Below, one piece after another: positions 11,124 through 20,965 of a stretch of DNA of 64,000 nucleotides (position 1 is its first letter; each line of letters begins with the position of its first letter). Position numbers and translations under genes: made by a program. Below the pieces are notes generated by a model. It had not been told where the DNA came from, ran no database searches, and saw only the letters and a program-made list of their open reading frames with translations. Source of the DNA: Escherichia coli (GTDB taxonomy: Bacteria > Pseudomonadota > Gammaproteobacteria > Enterobacterales > Enterobacteriaceae); assembly GCF_003334385.1 (NCBI RefSeq), contig NZ_QOWN01000019.1. One strand, written 5' to 3'.

Positions 11124-11152
11124 TAAAAAAATCCCCGCCAAATGGCAGGGAT
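11124..11152 (-). terminator. Rho-independent terminator of cspA
   Basis: On the minus strand ATCCCTGCC-ATTT-GGCGGGGAT followed by TTTTTTT. Confidence 0.85.
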
Positions 11153-11179
11153 CTTAGATTCTGTGCTTTTAAGCAGAGA

Positions 11180-11392
11180 TTACAGGCTGGTTACGTTACC
11201 AGCTGCCGGGCCTTTAGCGCCGCTTTCGATGGTGAAGGACACTTTCTGACCTTCGTCCAGAGATTTGTAACCATCGTTCTGGATAGCAGAGAAGTGTACG
11301 AACACATCTTTAGAGCCATCGTCAGGAGTGATGAAGCCGAAGCCTTTGTCAGCGTTGAACCATTTTACGATACCAGTCATTTTACCGGACAT
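11180..11392 (-). CDS. cspA: Major cold shock protein CspA (70 aa)
   Basis: [21 protein letters not shown]... with RNP1/RNP2 cold-shock domain motifs. Confidence 0.97.
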
Positions 11393-11610
11393 AGTGTATT
11401 ACCTTTAATAATTAAGTGTGCCTTTCGGCGATATGGCGTGCTTTACAGATTTTGAAGCGTTAAAGGAATGTGCACTACGAGGGGTATCAACGATAACTCT
11501 TGAAGGGACTTGCCTTACTACACTGCTTTAATGGTCTGTACGTCAAACCGTTGATGTGCATTAAGCCACGCATTGGCGGGTGATGCAACAATTATTTTTC
11601 ATATTTATGA
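11393..11610 (-). promoter_or_regulatory. cspA promoter, AT-rich UP region and ~159-nt 5' UTR with cold-box
   Basis: On the minus strand -35 TTGCAT (11583-11588), 17-bp spacer, -10 CTTAAT (11560-11565); cold-box TGACGTACAGA (~11535-11545). Confidence 0.75.
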
Positions 11611-11672
11611 TTAATCGGTTGGAAAACGGTCCTGTCATCAGGACCGTAAACAGCAATAAAGTGGATAAAAGT

Positions 11673-11963
11673 CTATTCCATCAACTGCTTACTTAATGCC
11701 GGGTTGGCTTGAATCAAACGCATCAATTTTAGTTCGGCACTTGAAGGCTTCACGCGTCTGGATTCCCATTCCTTTACCATGGCGACTGATACGCCCAAAA
11801 CCCGGGCGAAATCATCGATTTTTAATCCTGTCCCTTTTCGTAACTGCTCAATTTCGGTACAGGACGTTGTTCTGTGCGTCAGGGTAATTTTCTGCGTTTC
11901 ATCTTTAAAAACAATCTGTTCCAGGCTGCTCAACAGCTCATGCATTGGATCTTTATATTCCAT
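11673..11963 (-). CDS. yiaG: XRE-family helix-turn-helix transcriptional regulator (96 aa)
   Basis: Track ORF with HTH motif; start codon complement at 11961-11963. Confidence 0.85.
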   Translation of the reverse strand: MEYKDPMHELLSSLEQIVFKDETQKITLTHRTTSCTEIEQLRKGTGLKIDDFARVLGVSVAMVKEWESRRVKPSSAELKLMRLIQANPALSKQLME

Positions 11964-12396
11964 TGAAAACTCCTCAAATCACACTGCGGGATCGTGAATT
12001 GCATCGAAGCTCATTAAGAATAGTCGGGAAAAGCAGACACAGCGGGGTGAAGTCAGGGCATGCTCTGGCTATGATTCGATTCAGCCTGTCATTTAGCGTG
12101 ACTTATAGCCACCTAACGATCTGATAAATGCCGATATATCTCTTACCACTCCTGTTTTGTAAAGATTTCGAAAATCTAACCTTCTGCGAAGGCGTAAATC
12201 TCTGGCTACAAAAAAGGCAACGGCACTATCATTTTTTAACAATGAAACAACAAATTAACCTTGTTTCATTTTCTCCATGATTTTACCAGGAAGATTACGT
12301 AGAAAGGGTATCCTGCAAGCCTGTCCTGGACTATCCTTGTCACGTCAGACACGCGTGTGTCGTTGTGCGCTTTTTTTGGGTGAAAGGAGTAAGAAA

Positions 12397-13107
12397 ATGG
12401 CGACAGGAAAGTCCTGCTCTCGCTGGTTTGCGCCTCTTGCGGCGTTATTAATGGTAGTTAGCCTGAGTGGGTGTTTTGATAAAGAAGGCGATCAGCGTAA
12501 AGCGTTTATCGACTTCCTGCAGAATACAGTGATGCGTAGCGGTGAACGTCTACCAACCCTGACTGCCGATCAGAAAAAACAGTTTGGTCCTTTTGTCTCT
12601 GATTACGCGATTCTGTATGGTTATTCTCAGCAGGTGAATCAGGCGATGGATTCCGGTCTGCGCCCGGTTGTAGACAGCGTTAACGCAATTCGCGTACCGC
12701 AGGATTACGTTACGCAAAGCGGTCCGCTGCGTGAAATGAACGGTTCGCTGGGTGTGCTGGCGCAACAACTGCAAAATGCGAAGTTGCAGGCCGATGCTGC
12801 GCACTCTGCGCTAAAACAGAGCGATGATTTGAAACCGGTCTTTGATCAGGCATTCACCAAAGTGGTAACGACGCCAGCTGATGCATTGCAACCGTTGATT
12901 CCGGCGGCACAAACTTTCACGCAACAACTGGTGATGGTTGGAGACTACATTGCTCAGCAAGGTACTCAGGTGAGCTTTGTCGCAAATGGCATCCAGTTCC
13001 CGACTTCACAGCAGGCAAGTGAATATAACAAACTGATTGCGCCATTACCGGCACAGCATCAGGCGTTTAATCAGGCCTGGACTACAGCAGTTACTGCAAC
13101 CCAATAA
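12397..13107 (+). CDS. yiaF: Lipoprotein YiaF (236 aa)
   Basis: ATG at 12397 preceded by AGGAGT; signal peptide with lipobox LSGC; track ORF N-terminal extension from 12277 is probably not translated. Confidence 0.85.
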   Translation: MATGKSCSRWFAPLAALLMVVSLSGCFDKEGDQRKAFIDFLQNTVMRSGERLPTLTADQKKQFGPFVSDYAILYGYSQQVNQAMDSGLRPVVDSVNAIRVPQDYVTQSGPLREMNGSLGVLAQQLQNAKLQADAAHSALKQSDDLKPVFDQAFTKVVTTPADALQPLIPAAQTFTQQLVMVGDYIAQQGTQVSFVANGIQFPTSQQASEYNKLIAPLPAQHQAFNQAWTTAVTATQ

Positions 13108-13156
13108 AGAGTAAAAGCCCGAGCGATTATCGGGCTTTACTCTACGCAGTCGCGGC

Positions 13157-14131
13157 TTAGTCCGCGACGTGCGGATTCACACAGTTCTTCTCAACCTTTC
13201 CTTGTAACGCATCAATCAAATTATCCACGGCACAGGCGGCCATGCCATAACGCGTCTCATGGGTGGCAGATCCAATATGCGGTACTGCGACGACGTTGGC
13301 CATTGAGAGCAACGGCGAATCTACGGACAGTGGCTCTTGTTCGAAGACATCCAGCCCGGCAGCGTGAATTTCGCCTTTCTGCAATGCTGCGATCAGTGCA
13401 TTTTCGTCAACCACCGGGCCACGTCCGGCATTAATGAAAATGGCGGAGGATTTCATTTTGGCGAATTGTTCTGCGCCAAACAGATGATGCGTCTCATCAG
13501 TTAACGGCAGGATCAGGCAAACGAAATCTGACTCTTGTAACAGAGTATCCAAATCGCAGTAGCGGGCGTTGAAGCGTTCTTCTGCTTCTTTATGGTGGCG
13601 GCGCGCGTTATAGAGGATGGGCATGTTGAAGCCAAAGTGCGCACGTTGTGCCAGCGCCATGCCGATCCGTCCCATCCCGACAATGCCCAGTGTTTTATGG
13701 TGAACGTCAGTGCCGTACCAGTCCGGGCCTATGCTCGCGGTCCATTCGCCTGCTTTTACCCGTTCTGCTACCTCCACAACCCGACGAGCGGTAGACAACA
13801 CCAGCGCCATCAGCGTATCGGCGACGGTTTCTGTTAATACGGTTGGCGTGTGCATCAGCAGAATTTTTCGGGCGGTAAGCGCATCGACATCAAAATTGTC
13901 ATAGCCGACGGAGATCGTTGATGTGGCACGCAGTTTCGGCATTTTTTCCAGCAATGCGGCATTTACATTCTCGTTTGAACCCAGTAAACCTTCAGCTTCG
14001 GCAAAAATTGCTGCATTTTGTTCGACGGTTTGTGGGCTGAGGTTTGCCACCTGGTGAACGGTGAAATGCTCTTGCAGGCGTTGCAGTAAATCATCAGGTA
14101 AGGCTTTGTAGAGGATAACGGACGGCTTCAT
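13157..14131 (-). CDS. ghrB: Glyoxylate/hydroxypyruvate reductase B, D-2-hydroxyacid dehydrogenase (324 aa)
   Basis: [16 protein letters not shown]... with NAD-binding GxGxxG (GIVGMGRIG). Confidence 0.92.
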   Translation of the reverse strand: MKPSVILYKALPDDLLQRLQEHFTVHQVANLSPQTVEQNAAIFAEAEGLLGSNENVNAALLEKMPKLRATSTISVGYDNFDVDALTARKILLMHTPTVLTETVADTLMALVLSTARRVVEVAERVKAGEWTASIGPDWYGTDVHHKTLGIVGMGRIGMALAQRAHFGFNMPILYNARRHHKEAEERFNARYCDLDTLLQESDFVCLILPLTDETHHLFGAEQFAKMKSSAIFINAGRGPVVDENALIAALQKGEIHAAGLDVFEQEPLSVDSPLLSMANVVAVPHIGSATHETRYGMAACAVDNLIDALQGKVEKNCVNPHVAD

Positions 14132-14234
14132 GCTTCTCTCCATTCACTGATAAGGCGATCACCTTAGCCTGAAATATGATGAAGGAAAACTGAAGAATGC
14201 CAGGTGATTTCTGCATCACCTGGCATGAAAGGGA

Positions 14235-14894
14235 TTACAGCGGGCTTAAGGTAATTTCTACACGGCGGTTTTGCGCCTTACCTTCTGCGGTGCTGTTGCT
14301 GGCGATTGGGTTAGCCGGGCCAAGGCCCTGAGTACGGATGCGGCTGGCGTCCACGCCCTGGGTGATCAACGCGCTGGCAACGGAATCCGCACGTTGCTGG
14401 GAGAGACGCATGTTCAGGTCGTGACCACCCGTGCTGTCGGTATAACCAATCACGTTAACCGCCGTTTTCGGATACTCTTTCAGTACCATTGCCACGCCGG
14501 TCAGGGTGTTAGCGCCCGCCGGTTTCAGGGTCGCGCTGCTGCTGTCGAAGGTCACATTGTTCGGCATATTGAGGATAATGTTATCCCCGCTGCGGGTTAC
14601 GCTAACACCAGTGCCGCGCATTTTGTCGCGCAGCTTCGCTTCCTGCACATCCATGTAATAACCAACGCCGCCGCCCAGAGCTGCGCCTGCTGCTGCGCCA
14701 ATCAGCGCGCCTTTACCGCGATCTTTCTTCGAAGAAGAGAGCGCACCAATACCCGCGCCCACGAGAGAGCCCAGACCTGCGCCGATAGCAGATTTACCTG
14801 CTTCGCGTTCGCCGGTGTAAGGGTTAGTTGTGCAGCCAGATACCGCCAGAGCACCACTCACTACGGCGGCAATAAGATAAACACGTTTCTTCAT
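14235..14894 (-). CDS. yiaD: OmpA-domain peptidoglycan-associated lipoprotein (219 aa)
   Basis: Signal peptide with lipobox, Gly-rich linker and C-terminal OmpA-like domain. Confidence 0.9.
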   Translation of the reverse strand: MKKRVYLIAAVVSGALAVSGCTTNPYTGEREAGKSAIGAGLGSLVGAGIGALSSSKKDRGKGALIGAAAGAALGGGVGYYMDVQEAKLRDKMRGTGVSVTRSGDNIILNMPNNVTFDSSSATLKPAGANTLTGVAMVLKEYPKTAVNVIGYTDSTGGHDLNMRLSQQRADSVASALITQGVDASRIRTQGLGPANPIASNSTAEGKAQNRRVEITLSPL

Positions 14895-15046
14895 TGTTAA
14901 TCCTTAATAACCTTTTTATTCTTTGCCACGGGTTCCGTGGCGGGAGATTATGCCGCGTGAACATGAAGATTATTCCTGGGAATACTCGGAAATTTGTAAG
15001 TAATATTTAACTGCTCAATACATCTAACCTTTCAGGAGTCTTCGGT

Positions 15047-17380
15047 TTGGCCAACTCATCCTCACGATATTCCGTTCTGACTGCCGCCCATTGGGGGCCC
15101 ATGCTGGTTGAAACCGACGGCGAAACCGTGTTTAGCTCGCGTGGCGCGTTAGCCACAGGAATGGAAAACTCCTTGCAGAGCGCGGTTCGCGACCAGGTTC
15201 ACAGCAATACGCGGGTACGATTTCCAATGGTGCGAAAAGGCTTTCTTGCGTCACCGGAAAACCCGCAAGGCATTCGTGGGCAGGATGAATTTGTTCGCGT
15301 GAGTTGGGATGAGGCGCTGGATCTTATTCACCAACAACATAAACGCATTCGTGAGGCTTATGGTCCGGCATCGATTTTTGCTGGTTCCTACGGCTGGCGT
15401 TCAAACGGCGTGCTGCATAAGGCCTCGACATTATTACAACGCTATATGGCGCTGGCAGGCGGTTATACCGGGCATCTGGGGGATTATTCGACCGGCGCGG
15501 CACAGGCGATCATGCCGTATGTCGTGGGTGGTAGTGAAGTTTATCAACAGCAGACCAGTTGGCCGCTGGTGCTGGAACATAGCGATGTCGTGGTGCTGTG
15601 GAGTGCTAACCCACTCAATACGCTGAAAATTGCGTGGAATGCATCCGATGAGCAGGGGCTTTCTTACTTTTCTGCACTGCGTGACAGCGGGAAAAAGCTG
15701 ATCTGCATTGATCCAATGCGATCGGAAACCGTCGATTTCTTTGGCGATAAAATGGAGTGGGTGGCACCGCACATGGGCACCGATGTTGCGCTGATGCTGG
15801 GGATCGCCCATACGCTGGTGGAAAATGGTTGGCACGACGAAGCGTTTCTGGCGCGTTGCACCACAGGTTATGCCGTCTTCGCCTCTTATTTGCTGGGCGA
15901 GAGTGACGGAATAGCGAAAACCGCCGAATGGGCAGCAGAGATTTGTGGTGTTGGCGCAGCGAAAATCCGCGAGCTGGCGGCTATTTTCCACCAAAATACC
16001 ACCATGCTGATGGCAGGCTGGGGAATGCAGCGCCAACAGTTTGGTGAGCAAAAACACTGGATGATCGTCACGCTGGCAGCAATGTTGGGGCAAATCGGCA
16101 CACCCGGCGGCGGTTTTGGTCTTTCTTACCATTTTGCCAATGGTGGTAACCCCACGCGGCGTTCTGCGGTGCTCTCTTCCATGCAGGGCAGCTTGCCGGG
16201 TGGCTGCGATGCGGTGGATAAAATCCCTGTTGCCCGCATTGTTGAAGCACTGGAAAACCCTGGTGGCGCATATCAACACAACGGTATGAACCGACATTTC
16301 CCGGATATTCGTTTTATCTGGTGGGCGGGCGGTGCCAACTTTACTCATCATCAGGATACCAATCGCCTGATCCGTGCCTGGCAAAAACCGGAGCTGGTGG
16401 TGATCTCTGAATGCTTCTGGACGGCGGCGGCAAAACACGCGGATATCGTTCTGCCTGCGACTACCTCTTTTGAGCGTAATGATCTCACCATGACCGGTGA
16501 TTACAGTAATCAGCATCTGGTGCCGATGAAGCAAGTGGTGCCGCCACGCTATGAAGCGCGTAATGATTTTGATGTTTTTGCCGAGTTAAGTGAACGCTGG
16601 GAGAAGGGCGGTTATGCACGTTTTACGGAAGGAAAAAGTGAGCTGCAATGGCTGGAAACGTTTTATAACGTTGCCCGACAGCGCGGGGCAAGCCAGCAGG
16701 TTGAATTGCCGCCATTTGCTGAGTTCTGGCAAGCCAACCAGTTAATTGAGATGCCGGAAAACCCGGACAGCGAGCGGTTTATTCGCTTCGCTGATTTTTG
16801 CCGCGATCCGCTGGCGCATCCGTTAAAAACCGCCAGCGGCAAGATTGAAATCTTCTCACAGCGTATTGCCGATTACGGTTACCCGGATTGCCCTGGGCAT
16901 CCAATGTGGCTGGAGCCGGACGAATGGCAGGGCAATGCCGAACCAGAACAGTTGCAGGTACTTTCTGCCCATCCGGCGCACCGCCTGCACAGCCAGCTGA
17001 ATTACAGTTCTCTGCGCGAATTGTACGCGGTGGCAAATCGTGAGCCTGTCACCATTCATCCTGACGATGCCCAGGAGCGCGGCATACAAGATGGCGATAC
17101 TGTTCGGTTGTGGAACGCACGCGGGCAAATTCTTGCCGGAGCGGTCATTAGCGAGGGAATTAAACCTGGCGTGATTTGCATTCACGAAGGGGCATGGCCG
17201 GATCTGGATTTAACCGCTGACGGTATTTGTAAAAACGGCGCAGTGAACGTGCTGACCAAAGATCTCCCCAGCTCGCGGCTGGGGAATGGCTGTGCGGGTA
17301 ATACGGCGCTGGCATGGCTGGAAAAATACAACGGTCCGGAACTGACACTTACAGCGTTTGAACCACCGGCCAGCTCATAA
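15047..17380 (+). CDS. bisC: Biotin sulfoxide reductase, molybdopterin oxidoreductase (777 aa), TTG start
   Basis: Track ORF; codon at 15047-15049 is TTG; DMSO-reductase family sequence. Confidence 0.9.
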
Positions 17381-17789
17381 TCCATGTGGGTAGTTGGGTT
17401 TCATCCTGCCATGCGCAATCGACAATGTGAAAACCCTGTGCCTGGTAAAAATTTATCGCCGGTTGATTTTTTTGATAAACCTCCAGCATCAGGTGGGGAT
17501 GGCGCTGCTGCACATACTGCATCAGCGCCTTACCAATACCGCGCCTGACGGCCTTCGGTGCGACAAACATCGCTGCCAGAAATCGGCCTTCCATAATGCT
17601 GACAAAACCGAGAAGCTTACCGTCTTCTTCCCAGACCCAGTTTTGCGCGTTGGCAAGATAGGCATCCCGCACCAGCGGAATGCAGTCACGCCAGTAATTC
17701 GCTTTTATAAAGGGATGCCCCCAGGTTGTACTTTCCAGCCACAGTTCGAGGATCGCGGGGAGTTCTGAACGTTGCGCTTCCCGAATCAT
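17349..17789 (-). CDS. yiaC: GNAT-family N-acetyltransferase (146 aa)
   Basis: Track ORF; 3' end overlaps the bisC 3' end convergently by 32 bp. Confidence 0.88.
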   Translation of the reverse strand: MIREAQRSELPAILELWLESTTWGHPFIKANYWRDCIPLVRDAYLANAQNWVWEEDGKLLGFVSIMEGRFLAAMFVAPKAVRRGIGKALMQYVQQRHPHLMLEVYQKNQPAINFYQAQGFHIVDCAWQDETQLPTWIMSWPVVQTL

Positions 17790-18349
17790 GGTTTATTTCC
17801 CGGATAGCAACAGCAGCCAACCACATGATCATTCACCAGCCCACATGCCTGCATAAAGGAGTAACAGATTGTGGTGCCGACAAACTTAAAACCACGTTTT
17901 TTCAGTGCCTTAGATAGGGCGTCGGAGGCGGACGTAGATGTGGGAATTTCGCTCAACGTTGTGGCTTGTGTCACCTGTGGCTGATGATTTACAAACGACC
18001 AGACAAAGTCGACAAACGGTTCGCCGTTCTGTTCCATTTGCAGGTACGCCCGCGCATTACCAATAATTGCCTGAATTTTCCCTCGATGGCGGATAATCCC
18101 GGCGTCCTGTACCAGTCTTTCGACATCCTCTTCCTGCATTGCTGCGACCTTCACCGGATCGAACTGATGAAAGCAGGCGCGATAGTTTTCGCGTTTTTTG
18201 AGGACGGTGATCCACGATAATCCAGCCTGCTGCCCTTCAAGGCAGATCATTTCGAACAGTTTTTTACTGTCAGTTTCAGGCACGCCCCACTCATTATCAT
18301 GGTAGGCAATATAAAGCGGGTCCTGACTCACCCAGCCGCAACGTTCCAT
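17786..18349 (-). CDS. tag: 3-methyladenine DNA glycosylase I (187 aa)
   Basis: Start MERCGWVSQDPLYIAYHDNEWGVP (complement of 18347-18349); Cys-rich C-terminus; 4-nt overlap with yiaC start; track ORF extension to 18586 rejected. Confidence 0.92.
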   Translation of the reverse strand: MERCGWVSQDPLYIAYHDNEWGVPETDSKKLFEMICLEGQQAGLSWITVLKKRENYRACFHQFDPVKVAAMQEEDVERLVQDAGIIRHRGKIQAIIGNARAYLQMEQNGEPFVDFVWSFVNHQPQVTQATTLSEIPTSTSASDALSKALKKRGFKFVGTTICYSFMQACGLVNDHVVGCCCYPGNKP

Positions 18350-18500
18350 ACTTTCCCTCGCTATGTACCCGATCGTAAAAATTTCAGCCGCTTTTCTTGA
18401 CGCATCGGTGAAAAAGTCAATATTTAATACAGGGCTACTATGCCCGATATCCTTCATACAATGACAATAATATTGCCGAATTCGGCTCTTCCCTGGAGTC

Positions 18501-19205
18501 GTGTTAATGATCATAAAAAAAAGCGGTGGTCGCTGGCAGCTAAGCCTGCTGGCGAGCGTGGTAATCAGTGCCTTTTTTCTCAACACAGCTTACGCCTGGC
18601 AACAAGAATATATCGTTGATACGCAACCCGGACTTTCCACAGAGCGTTACACCTGGGATAGTGATCATCAACCTGATTACAACGATATTTTGTCGCAACG
18701 TATTCAAAGTAGCCAAAGGGCGCTGGGACTGGAAGTCAATCTGGCGGAAGAAACCCCTGTGGATGTGACCAGCAGTATGAGTATGGGCTGGAATTTTCCT
18801 TTATATGAACAGGTTACAACCGGCCCGGTCGCGGCATTACATTACGATGGCACAACCACCTCGATGTATAACGAGTTTGGCGACAGTACTACCACGCTGA
18901 CCGATCCGTTATGGCATGCCAGCGTGAGTACCTTAGGCTGGCGTGTTGACTCCCGGCTTGGCGATCTCCGACCCTGGGCGCAAATCAGCTATAACCAGCA
19001 ATTTGGCGAGAATATCTGGAAGGCGCAATCAGGCCTGAGCCGGATGACGGCGACAAACCAGAACGGCAACTGGCTGGATGTCACCGTAGGCGCTGATATG
19101 TTGCTCAATCAAAATATTGCCGCCTATGCCGCGCTAACTCAGGCAGAAAATACCACTAATAATAGCGACTATCTGTATACGATGGGGGTTAGCGCCAGAT
19201 TTTAA
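18501..19205 (+). CDS. yhjY: Conserved secreted protein YhjY (predicted outer-membrane beta-barrel / autotransporter-like)
   Basis: Track ORF with GTG at 18501 (alternative ATG at 18507); N-terminal signal peptide, C-terminal aromatic residue (…GVSARF). Confidence 0.75.
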   Translation: MLMIIKKSGGRWQLSLLASVVISAFFLNTAYAWQQEYIVDTQPGLSTERYTWDSDHQPDYNDILSQRIQSSQRALGLEVNLAEETPVDVTSSMSMGWNFPLYEQVTTGPVAALHYDGTTTSMYNEFGDSTTTLTDPLWHASVSTLGWRVDSRLGDLRPWAQISYNQQFGENIWKAQSGLSRMTATNQNGNWLDVTVGADMLLNQNIAAYAALTQAENTTNNSDYLYTMGVSARF

Positions 19206-19319
19206 CGTAACAGTCACAATTGAAACCATTAAATAACAATAGTTGTGGCGATAGTGGGTGCTAACTTACCAAATAATAAATTTGGTGAATAATTGTCGCG
19301 TCATTCATTCCTGAACTAA

Positions 19320-19350
19320 GGCATTTCATTCCGTTCTGATGGCATTTCAT
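19320..19350 (+). promoter_or_regulatory. Two direct repeats GGCATTTCAT separated by 11 bp, the YpdB (LytTR response regulator) binding motif of the yhjX promoter
   Basis: GGCATTTCAT at 19320-19329 and 19341-19350, ~85-115 bp upstream of yhjX ATG. Confidence 0.8.
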
Positions 19351-19433
19351 GCCGTTTTTCCCCAGGCATAAAGTGCACTTCGTTATGGTTGTCGGCAGAG
19401 ATTTTTCCTTTTTATTACTGCAGGAATACTGCC

Positions 19434-20642
19434 ATGACACCTTCAAATTATCAGCGTACCCGCTGGCTGACACTCATCGGTACTATCATTACCCAGTTTG
19501 CGCTGGGGTCGGTTTATACCTGGAGCCTGTTTAATGGCGCGCTTTCCGCCAAGCTGGATGCGCCGGTAAGCCAGGTCGCTTTCTCTTTCGGCTTGTTAAG
19601 TCTGGGGCTGGCAATTTCGTCTTCTGTTGCGGGCAAATTACAGGAACGTTTTGGCGTTAAACGCGTCACCATGGCTTCCGGCATTTTGCTGGGATTAGGC
19701 TTCTTCCTGACAGCGCATTCTGACAACCTGATGATGCTGTGGTTAAGCGCCGGTGTGCTGGTGGGACTGGCAGATGGCGCGGGTTATCTGCTGACGCTCT
19801 CTAACTGTGTGAAGTGGTTCCCGGAGCGTAAAGGTCTGATCTCCGCGTTCGCTATCGGTTCTTATGGTCTGGGTAGCCTGGGTTTCAAATTTATCGACAC
19901 GCAGCTGCTGGAAACGGTCGGTCTGGAAAAAACCTTTGTGATTTGGGGAGCGATTGCGCTGTTGATGATTGTTTTCGGCGCAACGTTAATGAAAGACGCA
20001 CCAAAACAGGAAGTGAAAACCAGCAATGGTGTGGTGGAGAAAGATTACACGCTGGCAGAGTCGATGCGTAAACCGCAGTACTGGATGTTAGCGGTAATGT
20101 TCCTGACCGCCTGCATGAGCGGCCTGTACGTGATTGGGGTAGCGAAAGATATCGCCCAAAGTCTGGCACACCTTGATGTGGTTTCCGCAGCCAATGCAGT
20201 CACTGTTATTTCCATCGCCAACCTTTCAGGTCGTCTGGTGCTGGGTATTCTGTCTGACAAAATCGCCCGTATCCGTGTTATTACCATTGGTCAGGTGATA
20301 TCGCTGGTGGGTATGGCGGCCCTGCTGTTTGCACCATTGAATGCAGTGACGTTCTTTGCAGCGATTGCCTGCGTGGCATTTAACTTTGGCGGCACTATTA
20401 CCGTCTTTCCGTCACTGGTCAGTGAGTTCTTTGGCCTCAATAACCTGGCGAAAAACTACGGTGTGATTTATCTCGGTTTCGGTATCGGTAGCATTTGTGG
20501 TTCGATTATCGCCTCACTGTTTGGCGGCTTCTATGTGACCTTCTACGTGATTTTCGCCCTGCTGATTCTGTCATTGGCGCTTTCTACGACGATTCGTCAG
20601 CCAGAGCAGAAAATGTTGCGTGAGGCGCATGGCTCCCTTTAA
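19434..20642 (+). CDS. yhjX: MFS transporter, oxalate/formate antiporter-like, pyruvate-inducible (402 aa)
   Basis: Start MTPSNYQRTRWL at 19434; 12 predicted transmembrane helices. Confidence 0.9.
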   Translation: MTPSNYQRTRWLTLIGTIITQFALGSVYTWSLFNGALSAKLDAPVSQVAFSFGLLSLGLAISSSVAGKLQERFGVKRVTMASGILLGLGFFLTAHSDNLMMLWLSAGVLVGLADGAGYLLTLSNCVKWFPERKGLISAFAIGSYGLGSLGFKFIDTQLLETVGLEKTFVIWGAIALLMIVFGATLMKDAPKQEVKTSNGVVEKDYTLAESMRKPQYWMLAVMFLTACMSGLYVIGVAKDIAQSLAHLDVVSAANAVTVISIANLSGRLVLGILSDKIARIRVITIGQVISLVGMAALLFAPLNAVTFFAAIACVAFNFGGTITVFPSLVSEFFGLNNLAKNYGVIYLGFGIGSICGSIIASLFGGFYVTFYVIFALLILSLALSTTIRQPEQKMLREAHGSL

Positions 20643-20726
20643 TGCTCAGCCGCGAGCTACTGGGCTTCAGCTTCCGTGTGCATCAAACGCATCAACGAAA
20701 TGTATAAACAATGACTCGTAAAATTT

Positions 20727-20750
20727 GGGCCAATTAACTGGCCCTTTTTA
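20727..20750 (+). terminator. Rho-independent terminator of yhjX
   Basis: GGGCCA-ATTAAC-TGGCCC followed by TTTTTA. Confidence 0.7.
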
Positions 20751-20965
20751 CTGCTTTTTGTAACGCTAAAGTCTCTTTTCAAACTTGCATTTTTGTAAAT
20801 TTGTGCTTCATGCACACTCTTTCCCCACACTTTTTCCCTTTGCTGTGGTCTACTTATTCGCGCGTGTAGATTTTACTTATCTGACTACCTCCGCACTTTT
20901 TCCCTGCCGGGCCTGAAAAGCCACTAAGCAGGGTGTTATCACCTGTTTGTCCAGGGTTTGTTTGC

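Noticed and set aside
12277-12396. N-terminal extension of yiaF in the track (40 extra codons)
   Set aside because: No ribosome-binding site at 12277, whereas ATG 12397 has AGGAGT upstream and begins a canonical lipoprotein signal peptide
15434-16534. 366-aa ORF on the minus strand
   Set aside because: Antisense to bisC; shadow ORF
18350-18586. N-terminal extension of tag in the track (79 extra codons)
   Set aside because: Conserved Tag begins MERCGW at 18349; the extension overlaps the divergent yhjY start
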